DNA of 63,383 bases, filler included, from Octopus bimaculoides (Eukaryota): the NCBI RefSeq assembly GCF_001194135.2. It is 6 parts of 6 records of this genome, joined end to end, with 100 filler letters (N's around TTAATTAATTAA, not from the genome) between each part and the next. Parts side by side here need not be neighbours in the genome. Positions count along the whole stretch, not along the records: positions 1 to 21,278 come from NC_068997.1; 5 more parts are not named here. One strand, 5' to 3'. The translations under genes and the position numbers were made by a program. The notes beneath the pieces are model-generated. The model saw nothing but the letters and a program-made list of their open reading frames with translations, was not told the origin of the DNA and did no database searches. Of the stretch, positions 1-11,847 are shown one piece after another (the stretch's first letter is position 1; each line of letters opens with the position of its first letter).

Positions 1-150
1 TACGCCTTTGTGTGTGTGTGCTTGCATGCATAGTTGACGTTGTAAGCAGCCTTCCATTCTGACCACCCAAAAAGGCGTTTTACATATAATTTTCTATAGC
101 ACTTATGTGCTTGGAGCTCTAATTCCAAATATATGTGTATACATACTTGC

Positions 151-216
<66 letters not shown>
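151..216. repeat. (GATA)n microsatellite
   Basis: Perfect ATAG tetramer run. Confidence 0.95.
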
Positions 217-217
<1 letters not shown>

Positions 218-1428
218 TGAGAGGAGTGCATTGCTGCAAGATCATTCTTAGCACTAGTGGTAACATGTAATTCAGCAGAACCCCTTCACTTGATAAAGAG
301 TATAGTTTTTTTCTTCGTTGTTCTACATGATGAACAAAATCTGTAAAGAGTGAATGAACTCAGAAGAGTCAAGGCCATCCAATTGCTAGGAGTGAAAAAC
401 CTGAGAGTAAAACTAGGAGAGTAAATCTAGAAGAACATAACCTGACGTAACACCTACAACTACTTCCACCCGATGATGGAGACTAGTTCTTTGGGGACAA
501 ATGCTAGTATTGTTCAGAGTGAGGGCTTGGCCTTGTGCAAAGCCTTTTCTCTCTTTCAATAGATTCAGGTATTGACGTCGCTTGACATATAATATCTCTT
601 TTGTTTTTGTATATTTTGACTGGTCGTAGCTGAAGAGAGCAAAACAGTGAATGAAAAAAATCACATGATTGAATGAAGATATGTGCCAGCCTGGGTGCTA
701 ACTCTCTGAACACTGACTGAAAGAGGCGCCCCTTGTTCCCATATCTATGGAAAATTGTGTAGGTCTCTAGTAGGACCTATACACCTTAAGAGAACATTTA
801 GTGCTGATATTATTCTAAAACGAGTCCTTGACATAAACACACACACACACACATGTACATATATGTATGTCTATCTATCTATCTATCAATCTATTTATCT
901 AGCTGTTTGTCTGTCTGTCAGTCTTTCTGCCAGTCAGTCAGTCTGTCTGTCTGTCTGTCTGTTTATGTATCTGACTGACTGACTGTCTGTCTGTTTGTCC
1001 GTCTGTCTGTTCACCTCTCTCTCTCTCTCTCTCTCTCTCCTTCTCTCTCTCCATCTTTTTCTCTGTACATACGCACCCCCCCCACACACACACATCTTGC
1101 AATGTTGTAACGGAGGAGGAAACGATACTCAACATAAGGTGTAAAAGTATATATAATTTTTATGTTTTTCGGAGTAACNNNNNNNNNNNNNNNNNNNNNN
1201 NNNNNNNNNNNNNNNNNNNNNNNNNNNNNNNNNNNNNNNNNNNNNNNNNNNNNNNNNNNNNNNNNNNNNNNNNNNNNNNNNNNNNNNNNNNNNNNNNNNN
1301 NNNNNNNNNNNNNNNNNNNNNNNNNNNNNNNNNNNNNNNNNNNNNNNNNNNNNNNNNNNNNNNNNNNNNNNNNNNNNNNNNNNNNNNNNNNNNNNNNNNN
1401 NNNNNNNNNNNNNNNNNNNNNNNNNNNN

Positions 1429-1733
1429 GTGCAAGTGGCTGAGCACTCCACAGACACATGTACCCTTAACGTAGTTCTCGGGGATATTCAGCGTGACACA
1501 GTGTGACAAGGCTGACCCTTTGAATTACAGGCGCAACAGAAACAGGAAGTAAGAGTGAGAGAAAGTTGTGGTGAAAGAGTATAGCAGGGTTCGTCACCAT
1601 CCCCTGCCGGAGCCTCGTGGAGCTTTAGGTGTTTTCGCTCAATAAACACTCACAACGCTCGGTCTGGGAACCGAAACCGTGAACCTATGACCGCGAGTTC
1701 GATCCCCTAACCACTGGGCCATTGCGCCTCCAC
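1429..1733 (-). mobile_element. tRNA-derived SINE (octopus OK/OR-like family), 3' end lost in gap
   Basis: Minus strand starts GTGGAGGCGCAATGGCCCAGTGGTTAGG (A box) with a B-box-like GGTTTCGGTTCCC; body resembles recalled octopus SINEs. Confidence 0.8.
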
Positions 1734-2028
1734 AGAAACAAATTGCTACTAGTTTAAATACATGGTGTTACAAGAAGAGATTTATAATTTTTAAAAGATA
1801 TTAGATTTAGACGAGGAATCTTCTACCATTTTGCAAGTACAACTTCTCATAATGCAAAAATGTGTGCCAGTGGAATGTCGTTGTCTCATCACTTCTTATC
1901 GTTCTCAACTTCTATATAACTTGCCATCCGACTAGAGTCATATTATAATAAAGCAAACTGCTACAATATTTCGTAACGGAGACTAGAAAGATTAGCTTCC
2001 TATTATAATCTATGATTATATTATTGAC

Positions 2029-2111
2029 TGAGATTGAAGTTAATATATTTTACGGATGAGATTGAGATTAATATATTTTACGGGTGAGATTGAGATTAAT
2101 ATATTTTCCGA
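2029..2111. repeat. 28-bp tandem repeat x3
   Basis: TGAGATTGAGATTAATATATTTTACGG units at 2029, 2057 and 2085. Confidence 0.9.
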
Positions 2112-2198
2112 TGAATTTACCATTTTCTGTAGGTATGCATCACGCATCTAGCACACCCATCCACAATGGACACGTCTCGTATTCATGTATATGACTGA

Positions 2199-2281
<83 letters not shown>

Positions 2282-2455
2282 AATTTGTGTGTACGTGTAT
2301 ATATATATATTTGTTTGCGTATGTGTGTACGTATGCGTGTTGGGCTGGTGTCACTCTGCTCTGCCACCGGTAACATTTACGTCCTTACATTTTGATTTTA
2401 CGTTTATTTATTTTCTCCGCAATCTTTATTGTCAAAACTCTCTCCCTCCTCTCTC

Positions 2456-2491
<36 letters not shown>

Positions 2492-2905
2492 ACTCTCTCT
2501 CTCTCTTTCTCTTTCTCTTTCTCTTTCTCTCTCCCCATCATCTCTTTTCATATCCTTGCTCTTCTTTTCCCATCCTACCCTGTCTCTGAATTTCTGAGAT
2601 TTCAGTGTTTTTAAATCTTCTCCCTTCCCTTTACTCTTCACTGTCTTTTTTTTTCTTTTTTTTTTTTCATTAAATCATTGCTTTAGCACGTTCTCCTTCT
2701 TTAGCTTCATCACCATCGTCATCATCATCACCACTGTAGTTGTCGCGGTTATTGTCATCATCATCGACAACATCATTACTACAACGACCATTACCACCAT
2801 CACCACCACCACCACCACATCATCATCATCATCATCATCATCATAATCATCATCATCATCATCATCACCATCACCATCATCATCACAATTGTCACCATCA
2901 TCATC

Positions 2906-2949
<44 letters not shown>

Positions 2950-3000
2950 GATTATCATCATCATCACCATCGTCATCATCATTATCAATATTATCATTAT
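2199..3000. repeat. Microsatellite block: (GT)n, (CT)n, (CAT)n
   Basis: Directly visible; explains the poly-CV, SL and His/Met ORFs. Confidence 0.95.
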
Positions 3001-3002
3001 TG

Positions 3003-3168
3003 AGGCGGCGAGTTGGCTGAATTGTTAAGCACGCCGAAAAAAAAAAATGTTTTGCAGCACTTCGTCCTGAATCTTCACGTCATGAGTTCAAATTCCACCA
3101 AGGTCCACTTTACCTTTCCTCCTTTCGGGGTCGACAAAATAAATACCGGTTGAGACACTGGGGTCGAC
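3003..3168 (+). mobile_element. SINE family A (tRNA head plus Deu/Nin-like central domain), copy 1
   Basis: AGGCGGCGAGTTGGC head, GAGTTCAAATTCC B box, CCTTTCCTCCTTTCGGGGTCGAC core. Confidence 0.8.
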
Positions 3169-3240
3169 GCAGTGAGATTGAACCCGGAACCATATGGTTG
3201 AAAAGCAAACTTGTTACTACACAACTACGCCTGCGCGTAT
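3169..3240 (-). mobile_element. SINE family D head fragment
   Basis: GAACCCGGAACCATATGGTTG...ACTACACAACTACGCCTGCGC matches the heads of copies at 9141 and 24076. Confidence 0.65.
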
Positions 3241-3268
3241 AGTAGAAAGGATTATTATTATTATTATT

Positions 3269-3468
3269 AAGGTGGCGAGCTCTGACAATCGTTAGCATGT
3301 TGGGCACAATGCATTGCGGCATTTCTTCTGGTTTCTCTGAGTTCAAATTCCGCCAAGGTCCACTTTGTTTATCATCTTTTCGGGATCGACAGAGTAAGTA
3401 TCAGTGGAGAACTGGAGTCGATGTAACCGACTTACTCCTTCCTCTTTGTGCCAAAATTTGAAACCATT
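3269..3468 (+). mobile_element. SINE family A copy 2
   Basis: AAGGTGGCGAGCT head, GAGTTCAAATTCCGCC, core and tail. Confidence 0.8.
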
Positions 3469-3471
3469 ATC

Positions 3472-3685
3472 AAGGCGGCGTGCTTGGCAGAATCGTTTAC
3501 ATGACGAGTAAAATGCGTAACGACATTTCGTCGGGCTTCACGCTTTGAGTTCATATCTCGCCGAGATCGACACTGCTTTTCATCGTTTCCGGGTCGATGA
3601 ACTAAGTCACCAACTGGGCACCGGGCTCAGTATTAGCGACTTACCCATTCCCCGAGACTACTGCCTTTGTGCCATAATTTGGAAT
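3472..3685 (+). mobile_element. SINE family A copy 3 (diverged)
   Basis: AAGGCGGCG head and a degenerate core. Confidence 0.75.
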
Positions 3686-3737
3686 GCATACATACGCACA
3701 CATTCACTCACACATGCGTTAATATATATGTTTGTGT

Positions 3738-3971
3738 AAGGCGGCGAGCTGGAAGAAACGTTAACACGCCGGGCAAAATGCTTAGCAGTATTTCGTCTGC
3801 TGTTACGTTCTGAGTTCAAATTCCGCTGAGGTCGACTTTGCCTTTCATCCTTTCGGAGTCGATAAATTAAGTACCAGTTACGCACTGGCGTCGATGTAAT
3901 CGATTTAATCCCTTTGTCTGTCCTTGTTTGTCCCCTCTATGTTTAGCCCCTTGTGGGCAATGAATAAATAA
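3738..3971 (+). mobile_element. SINE family A copy 4 (young, distinct tail)
   Basis: Near-consensus GTCGACTTTGCCTTTCATCCTTTCGGAGTCGATAAATTAAGTACCAG. Confidence 0.9.
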
Positions 3972-4169
3972 GAAACGTTAGCACGTCGGACCAAATGCTT
4001 AGCAGTATTTCGTCTGTCTTTATGTTCTGAGTTCAAATTCCACCGAGGTCGATTTTGCCTTTCATCCTTTCGGGCTCGATGAATTAAGTACCAGTTGCGT
4101 ACTGAGGTCGATCTAATCGACTGGCCCCCTCCCCAATAATTTCGGACGTTGTACCTAGAGTAGAAAAGA
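3972..4169 (+). mobile_element. SINE family A copy 5 (5'-truncated)
   Basis: Near-consensus core directly abutting copy 4. Confidence 0.9.
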
Positions 4170-4300
4170 ACATATATGTATGTCTATTTAGATATGTATA
4201 TATACATGAACACACATGCACATATAAATATATTCATAAGCACCTACATATATGCGCATATGTGCGCCCGCGCGCGCGTGTGTGTATGCAATACTTGCAT

Positions 4301-4425
4301 TCAACTTCACCTTTCGTCCTTTCGGGGGTCAATGAAATATGTACCAGTTAAATACTGGTCGATGTAATCCATTTACCCTCTCCCCAAGATTCCATGCTTT
4401 GTGCCTAGATTAAGAAGGATTATCA
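4301..4425 (+). mobile_element. SINE family A copy 6 (core and tail only)
   Basis: CCTTTCGTCCTTTCGGGGGTCAATGAAATATGTACCAG. Confidence 0.7.
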
Positions 4426-4859
4426 TAATTATTAATTTCAAAAATTCACTCTGCTCTACTTTATTCAACACTGATCTGATTTTCTATTCAATTCTATTCA
4501 ATTCTATTATCTGTCCTACTTCGTTCTCTTCCGTTCGGTTCCGTTCTTATTCGTTTATCTAAATTTTCAATTTTCTCTTTCTTGTTTATACTTCAGTCCT
4601 CCCGACGGATCCTAGCCACAAACCTAACATATTGCCTTGTCCTCGTTCTCGTCACCGACAACTGCTGCAAGCCAGTATCTTTGAAACAAATCCGGAATAG
4701 CAATATATTTGCTCATCCATTAAAAGACTTCTACATTGAATTAGCGTTTCGCTCACACACTATGTATTACTTTTGACATTAATAGCGCTCTCGGACATGG
4801 CTGTCGCCCCCGCCGACGCACATTTCATTATCGCGACTCTATTTATCAATTCAGATTCA

Positions 4860-5001
4860 CACACACACACACACACACACGAACACACGTATACACACAC
4901 ATGCACATACAAACATACACGCACATACGTATACACACATATGTACATACAAACATACACATTCACATACGAGCACAAATGCATACATACACACGCGTAC
5001 A

Positions 5002-5035
<34 letters not shown>

Positions 5036-5400
5036 CATACATACATACATACATACATGCGTACATGCATATATGCTTATATATATAGACAGAGAGAGAC
5101 ACACTTATTGTCTCACGTGCACATATAGTACAAACACACGAGACTTTTGCTCATTCACCCACTTACATACGCAGACGTATAATACACACACACATGCACA
5201 TACATCCACAGCTATGTGTGTGTGTGAGTGTGTGTATGTATGTGAGTGCATATATATATATACACACATAAACACACATATACATACATACGTATATATA
5301 TATATATATATAGGTATACATGCAGATGTATTGTATGTGTATATATGTGTGTGTGTATGTATAAACATGTATGTATATACGCACAAATACATTTGTAAAT
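4860..5400. repeat. Compound (CA)n/(TACA)n/(TA)n microsatellite
   Basis: Directly visible. Confidence 0.95.
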
Positions 5401-5753
5401 ATGGAGATGTACGTGTGTAATTGTACACACAAGATTTCAGAGATATTTGGATGTATGTATACACAAGTAGGTCTTCGTTGTTTCTATATGGAAACGCTCA
5501 TGTATATATATTTCTGTTCATCTGTGTATGCATTGTATTTGAGAATGGTTGTGATGATTGCGCGCCTGAATTTGCATACATGGGCACACAAATACAAACA
5601 CATGGACATAGAAACGCACTCTGATTTCAAAACACGCTCCTATACTCTTAGTTACTGGGTTTCTTAGTTCACACACATATACACACCCAGATAGCCACAG
5701 ACACATATCTACCTATCTATCTATCTATTTGTATGTATGACTAATCGTTACAG

Positions 5754-5797
<44 letters not shown>

Positions 5798-6020
5798 TGT
5801 ACGTATGCATCTACCTACACACATGTAATGCTATTGTACTGTTACATCTATACATATACATATACACACAAATAAGTTTAGATTCATTATCAACACCACC
5901 TTATAAAGAAACGGGTCTTTTGCTTTACTTGCACTACATGAACTAAATGAACGAGAAAATAATTTTAAAAATTAGCCAAGCACAACTTTGACAAGGAAGA
6001 TATTGTAGGTGAGAGGTGGC

Positions 6021-6214
6021 AATTCTTTTCTATTCTGGGCACAAGGCCCGAAATTTCGGGGAGAGGGCGAGTAGATTAGATCGACCCTAGTACGCAATTG
6101 GTACTTAATTTATCGACCCCGAAAGGATGAAAGGCAAAGTCGACTTCGGCGGAATTTGGACTCAGAACGTAAAAACAGACGAAATACCACTAAGCATTTC
6201 GCGCGGCGTGCTAA
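6021..6214 (-). mobile_element. SINE family A
   Basis: Reverse core TGGTACTTAATTTATCGACCCCGAAAGGATGAAAGGCAAAGTCGAC. Confidence 0.9.
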
Positions 6215-6621
6215 GGTGAGAGGTAATCAATTATTACTATTTGGAATTATTATTTGTCAAGGGAGACTAATCTACATATTGTTGTTTGAGACAGACAAGA
6301 AAAAGTATGTACCGTCATGCAGGTCAGCTGCCTTGCTTGTGTGAATATCTTTTGAGAAACCTAAGAGGAAGACGACAGCTACGGACAATTGTTTTGAAAC
6401 CGTGGGCCAATGACTGAATCAAATAAACGATAACAGATACGTAAAGGTATATGAGTGTGGATTAGCGCATATGTGTTTATCTGTTTATATATTAGCGCAT
6501 ATGTGTTTAATCCATAAGTATTTACACTATTGTAAACCTTATAACAGATCTCACCATCACGGTAGCACTAAAATAACCATATTCCTTTTGTAAAATATCT
6601 ATGATATGAACCATGTGTGTA

Positions 6622-6670
<49 letters not shown>

Positions 6671-6671
<1 letters not shown>

Positions 6672-6858
6672 CCACCATCGCCTGATACCCGGTGTTGGTT
6701 TGTTTACGTGGCTGTGAATTAGCGGTTCAGCAAATGAAATCGATAGAATACGTACCAGAAGTTAATCAAAATAAATACTGGGATCGATTTGTTCCACGAA
6801 ACCATTTTAAGGAGATGCTACACCATGGCCGCAATCTAAAGCCTGAAAATAAGTAAAA
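6671..6858 (+). mobile_element. SINE family B
   Basis: CCGGTGTTGGTTTGTTTACG...TTAGCGGTTCAGCAAA...GATAGAATACGTACCAG; reverse complement of the copy at 8771-8961. Confidence 0.75.
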
Positions 6859-7530
6859 CATGAAAAAAAATGTAAAAAAAACAAAATAAACGATGATGGT
6901 GAATCAGACGACTTAAGCACCGAGCCACACCTGCGACCATTCTTACACTTTATAGCTGCATACATTATTTCCCCTTTATATTTTAAAGTACCTGAACAGA
7001 CATCTATCCACGTGGACGCCATCGCTAAACCTACATTTCCCTAATTGCATAACGTTCTACACTCATATATTCTTTCACTAGATTTATCTAATATCCACCC
7101 TTTAAATTTATGTACTCATTCTTCTCTATCAACCATCTCCTCTCACCTCTACCACAACTGTACGCCCACTCATTAAATGCTCAAACAATTCTATTATTGT
7201 TCGCCTTTTCTTTTTAGTGAATACTTACCACACGCTTGTGCTAATCCACTCCTCACTAAGTGTTTAAACACTCCCACAGGTATCCACCTCTCTGCTCTCC
7301 TTCCAAGCTTACCCAACTCATTCATTTGTATTCCTTCTATCACTCTCGCTGTGTATCGTCTCAGAAACAATTTTCTGGATCCCCTACACTCAGAATTGCA
7401 ATATCCTCTGTAATTATTTCTCCTACACCTCACGATTCTACCGCAGACGTTGACCTACATACGTTCAAAATGAACGCCAGCCGTAACCCTTGTGGAAGGC
7501 CTGCACTAGTCATAGATCTGCCTTCGACTT

Positions 7531-7690
7531 TATATCGGATTCAAATTTTGGCACTGGGCCAGCAACGTTTAGGCGTGGGGTAAGTCGATTAAAATTACTC
7601 CAGTGTTCAAAAGATATGTATTTAATCAACCCCAAAAGAATAAGAGACAAAGTCGATCTCGGCGGGATTTGAATGCAGAACGTAGAGACG
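7531..7690 (-). mobile_element. SINE family A (diverged)
   Basis: CAAAGTCGATCTCGGCGGGATTTGAATGCAGAACG. Confidence 0.75.
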
Positions 7691-8770
7691 TCTTCCACTT
7701 TATGTTAGTTTGTTTTCTAAAATAATCTAAAATACAGAAAATAACTACAAGAAGCTGGATAGGGGACTTCCGGAAAATAATGGACCGATAATGTCTACAT
7801 ACACACATCGAAACTTCAAAGCCTGTGACTTTAAGTTTCAGGTTTTGCTGATTCCCAAGAAAGAAAAGCAGTGATTCAACCAATCTAATACTTATTATTC
7901 GAAGCACGAGATACGCGTAACAAAACAAAAAGCTTTTGAGTTGTTTCAAGCGAGCAACCTTGTGACACACAAGTATCCGATGTTCATTCGCTAAGTATTT
8001 TGAAATATTTCAATAAAAATTCTAATTTATGGCGTTAAAAAGAGGAACAAAGAAAACCTTTTTATTTGTTTAATCATATATTACAAACGTGGACTGGATT
8101 TCGCCCATTAGGCATTCTGAAAACATCACAATAAATATTTAGATTTATTGTAACGATGGTATATTCGATTTGAAAAGACTTTTATGATTGATTTCATTTC
8201 TACTGAACAATACATTCATTGTTTCCGTATTACAAAAATTACATCAATCGTCATCCTCATTATAAGGTTTGATAAGAGAACAAAGTTTGATTGCAGGAAA
8301 TTTTAGTTGCTGTTTCTAGCAGTTCAAGAGATCACATAGAAACCCCTTCTTTGACTCATACGGTGTGTTAGTTAACTTGCAGAGAATAAACATGATATAT
8401 GAAATAATTAACAGTAAGAAAGACGAGTAAAAGAGTGAGACAGAGAGATGTAGAACGAGAGTTGTGGACAATTAATGAGAAAATAGCAATTTTTGTAGTC
8501 ATATTCTGGCATTTATAGAGATTATTGAAGCACTCCACTGCACGGGGAAATGTTTGAGCAAATCTGTAAATTTTAGTGACACGAAGATGGATAAGAACGG
8601 AATGGATTTTTTGTTTTACATTTCAGAACCAATATGGTAAGTTTCAAGCGGAAAATGGCGTCAAGCAGAAGGGAGATAAATCTCACGCATGATATGCCAC
8701 ATGTCCATCGTAAGTACGACTCTCAGAAGATCTCGACGCTATTTCCGAGCTTTGCGTTAACTTTATTATT

Positions 8771-8961
8771 TTATCTTTTGCTTGTTTCAGTCATGAGACT
8801 GCTGCGGCTCTGCTGGGGCACTGCCTTGAAGGGATTAGTCGAACAAATCGAGCCTTGTACATATTTTTTCTGAGTCTGATACTTATTCTATCAGTTTCTT
8901 TTGCAGAAGCACTGAGATAGGGGACGTAAATAAACCAACAATGGTTATCAAGCGGGGTTGG
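8771..8961 (-). mobile_element. SINE family B
   Basis: TTGTTTCAGTCATGAGACTG...GGGGCACTGCCTTGAAGGG...TAGTCGAACAAATCG. Confidence 0.8.
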
Positions 8962-9071
8962 CAGACAAGCACAAACACAATGACACGCACACACACATAC
9001 ACACACACAAATATACGTGCGTGCGTGTGTGAGTAAGTGAGTGTGTGTGTGTATGTGTGCGTGTATGTGTG

Positions 9072-9110
<39 letters not shown>

Positions 9111-9140
9111 GTGTGTGTGTATGTGTGTTTTATTGTGTGT

Positions 9141-9308
9141 GTACGGCAGGCTGTTTTTCAGTTTCGGTCACCCGAATCTATTCACAAGACTTTGATCTGT
9201 CCGAGGCTATAAATAGAAGACACTTGCCCCTAAGACACCAGGCAGTGAACACGAAACTATCTGTTCAGGGAGCAAACTTCTAACCACATAGTCATGCCTG
9301 TGCCCTAT
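9141..9308 (-). mobile_element. SINE family D (CORE-like domain)
   Basis: CCGAGGCTATAAATAGAAGACACTTGCCC is the reverse of a GGGCAAGTGTCTTCTA CORE-like motif. Confidence 0.75.
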
Positions 9309-9501
9309 GTTAATTAAACAATCCCAAACTTAGTGATTTCTTTCTTTACGATACACATGCATTAAACTAGAAATCACCATTTGTAAAACTTTGCACCTCT
9401 AAGATGTAATGTCCAAACTTTCCATGGTGGCTTTTTGTAGTATTTAGTGGTTGAAAGTTGTCATTGATGCTGTTGCTATCGTTGATCTGGTCGTAGTTGT
9501 A

Positions 9502-9538
<37 letters not shown>

Positions 9539-9615
9539 TTGTTGTTGTTATACTCGCACAATATCTCAGTTCCTTTACTGGACGAAAAGAATGACATCTT
9601 GCACAATGCTATGTG

Positions 9616-9930
9616 GTCGCTGACGTCATCGTCGCTGACGCCGTCATCGCTGACGTCGTCGTCGCTGACGTCGCCGTCGCTGACGNNNNNNNNNNNNNNN
9701 NNNNNNNNNNNNNNNNNNNNNNNNNNNNNNNNNNNNNNNNNNNNCGCCGTCGTCGCTGACGCCGTCGTCGCTGACGCCGTCGTCGCTGACGCCGTCGTCG
9801 CTGACGTCGTCGTCGCTGACGTCGTCGTCGCTGACGTCGTCGTCGCTGACGCCGTCGTCGCTGACGCCGTCGTCGCTGTCGTCGTCGTCGCTGACGTCGT
9901 CGTCGCTGACGTCGCCGTCGCTGACGCCGT
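9616..9930. repeat. 15-bp GC-rich minisatellite (GTCGTCGCTGACGYC)n
   Basis: At least 16 TGACG units at 15-bp spacing; gap at 9686-9744. Confidence 0.95.
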
Positions 9931-10199
9931 CGTTGTTGTTGTAGAAACCCCTATCAGCCGTAATTAGACATACCTCTGATCATTATCACTCAAATCAAAG
10001 CCTCTTTTACAAATGTAAAGCGATGTTGCCCAATGTATCTATCTCTCTTCAAGACGACAAAGTACAATTTGTGGGAGATTTGTCTTTGGTCAATTGGAGG
10101 CTTCTATTATGTATAGGGTAGACTCTCTGTTATTGACTTGTGTACGTGGTCGTTGTTGTTGTTGTTCGTCTTCTTGTTCTTATTCTTGTTGCTGTGTGG

Positions 10200-10382
10200 C
10201 TCCAGTTTAAATCTGATCGCGCAGGCTTACGATGGAAAGCTTCCCAGCCGTAATCAAGCTTCTTTTCCCTCGGTACAGGGGCTCGAGACCACAATATTCG
10301 CATGTGTTATTTTGAAAGACATTGGTAGCGAAATTTGAAGAAGATCTCACTGCAGCTTCTGGTGACCATGTAGAATCCCTCT
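10200..10382 (-). mobile_element. Interspersed repeat family E
   Basis: Homologous to 11230-11515 (opposite strand), 27385, 47990 and 51527. Confidence 0.55.
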
Positions 10383-10530
10383 ATATTATTTCGTTGCTTA
10401 AGTTCTTCTAGTAAAAAGTGAAGGGCTGTTTTCTTTAACAGGATCATCATCCACCTCAGTCTCAAAAGAAAAGCCTGTATGACAAGTGAGACCTTCATTA
10501 TTCTACAATTTGGTGGTACCGATGACCCCA

Positions 10531-10646
10531 GGCTGAAAGAATGATGATCGAATTCTAGTAAGGAGTAGTGGTGGGGGCTATATTGATGGTCTGGAGCTGA
10601 AAGAATGAAGATCGAATACTTGTGAAGAGTAGTGGGGCGCAATATA
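10531..10646. repeat. ~66-bp period tandem duplication
   Basis: GCTGAAAGAATGA(T/A)GATCGAAT...GAGTAGTGG at 10531 and 10597. Confidence 0.8.
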
Positions 10647-10816
10647 CAATAAATCTTTCGAGAGAAAGGCTCCGAAACGATGCGCATTCTCGTTTAATGA
10701 CCGCTGGAATTTACAGGCGTCCGATATGCAAAGCTTTCGGTCGCCAGTATTCGCAGATGCAAGCTGTTCACCAGTCTCTGTCATGAAGTGCAAAGCATAA
10801 ATAATGCATATGAACA

Positions 10817-11087
10817 CATATCACGTGATCACGTGACCGACCAGGTTATCAGATTTTGTTACACATCGCAGGTCACAATGCACATTTGCACCGTTTTAGC
10901 CTTCAAACGACGCCGCCTCGCTGGTTAGGCGAGCAGGCCAACAATCCCCCACCCTTGATCGAAGGGGGAACTGACGCATTGTGAAAAGAAGCGTTTTGCT
11001 CAAGAACACAATGCACCGCCCAGTCGGGGAATCGAACCCACGATCTAGTGATCATGAATGCAGCAGCCTAACCATTACGCCACACGC
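10817..11087 (-). mobile_element. tRNA-derived SINE with TCACGTGATCACGTGA tail
   Basis: Minus strand: TGGCGTAATGG A box, GGTTCGATTCC B box, TGTGTTCTTGAGCAAAAC core. Confidence 0.85.
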
Positions 11088-11229
11088 TTTACTATATATG
11101 AACACATATATAGAGGCTTCAGCTGTTCTGAATTTGTCATATTTTCAATAGCAAATATAGTTAATGTGTTGTGTCTCCATAATTTTGCCTACCCCCTGTA
11201 TATGAATGTATCAATACCAAATGAACGAA

Positions 11230-11515
11230 GGAGATCATGTGATGTCTTCTGCTCGGCTAGAAGCACCAGTCAGCTTTTCCCTCCAAATGACACCAACAAT
11301 TTTCCTTTCTCTCTTTATTTAAGACAACCAAAAAGATGAACAACGTATTGGACATTTAAAATCAGAGAAGAACTATGTCCAGAAAGACACGATGATCACA
11401 GCTTCAATGCCTTCGATTATTGGAGTGATAGAACAACACTGACCTAGGGCTAAACAAATAAAAACAACAATAAGAACAACAACAACAACAACAACAACAG
11501 CAACAGCAACAACAT
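11230..11515 (+). mobile_element. Interspersed repeat family E with (AAC)n tail
   Basis: Ends CTGACCTAGGGCTAAAC followed by (AAC)n. Confidence 0.55.
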
Positions 11516-11800
11516 GAAAAACAAGGACTTTGAGACACTATAATCGATATTAACAGAGGAAAAAAAATACCCTGAAGACAAAATCACATCAAAGATAAAC
11601 AGACGAATAACAATGGATTTCTAAAATATGAAATCATTGTAAACAAACTGTATCTATAAATATTGATATCAAAATATTATGACTATTGATTTCTATATTG
11701 ATAGCTGGCACCCGTGACATACATACATGCGAAGGAAATACGCATATATACATAAATACTAACACATAGATATTCACGTACGTGGGTACACACACTCACG

Positions 11801-11847
<47 letters not shown>

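Noticed and set aside
561-572. 6-nt plus-strand microexon TAG|ATTCAG|GTATTG
   Set aside because: Equally explained as a tandem acceptor or chance; weak donor.
2740-3003. Poly-His, poly-Met and Arg-rich ORFs (also 32570-32938)
   Set aside because: Translations of (CAT)n, (GAT)n and (GGA)n microsatellites.
9616-9930. CRISPR-like array
   Set aside because: Contiguous tandem units with no spacers, in eukaryotic DNA.
9512-9967. Signal-peptide-like ORF with AVVAD repeats
   Set aside because: Built from (CTG/GTT)n and a 15-bp minisatellite; no independent evidence of coding.
10660-10690. GGCTCCGAAACG half hammerhead
   Set aside because: The CUGANGA half is missing.
11040-11087. tRNA genes
   Set aside because: All tRNA-like A/B boxes are SINE heads that continue into SINE bodies.
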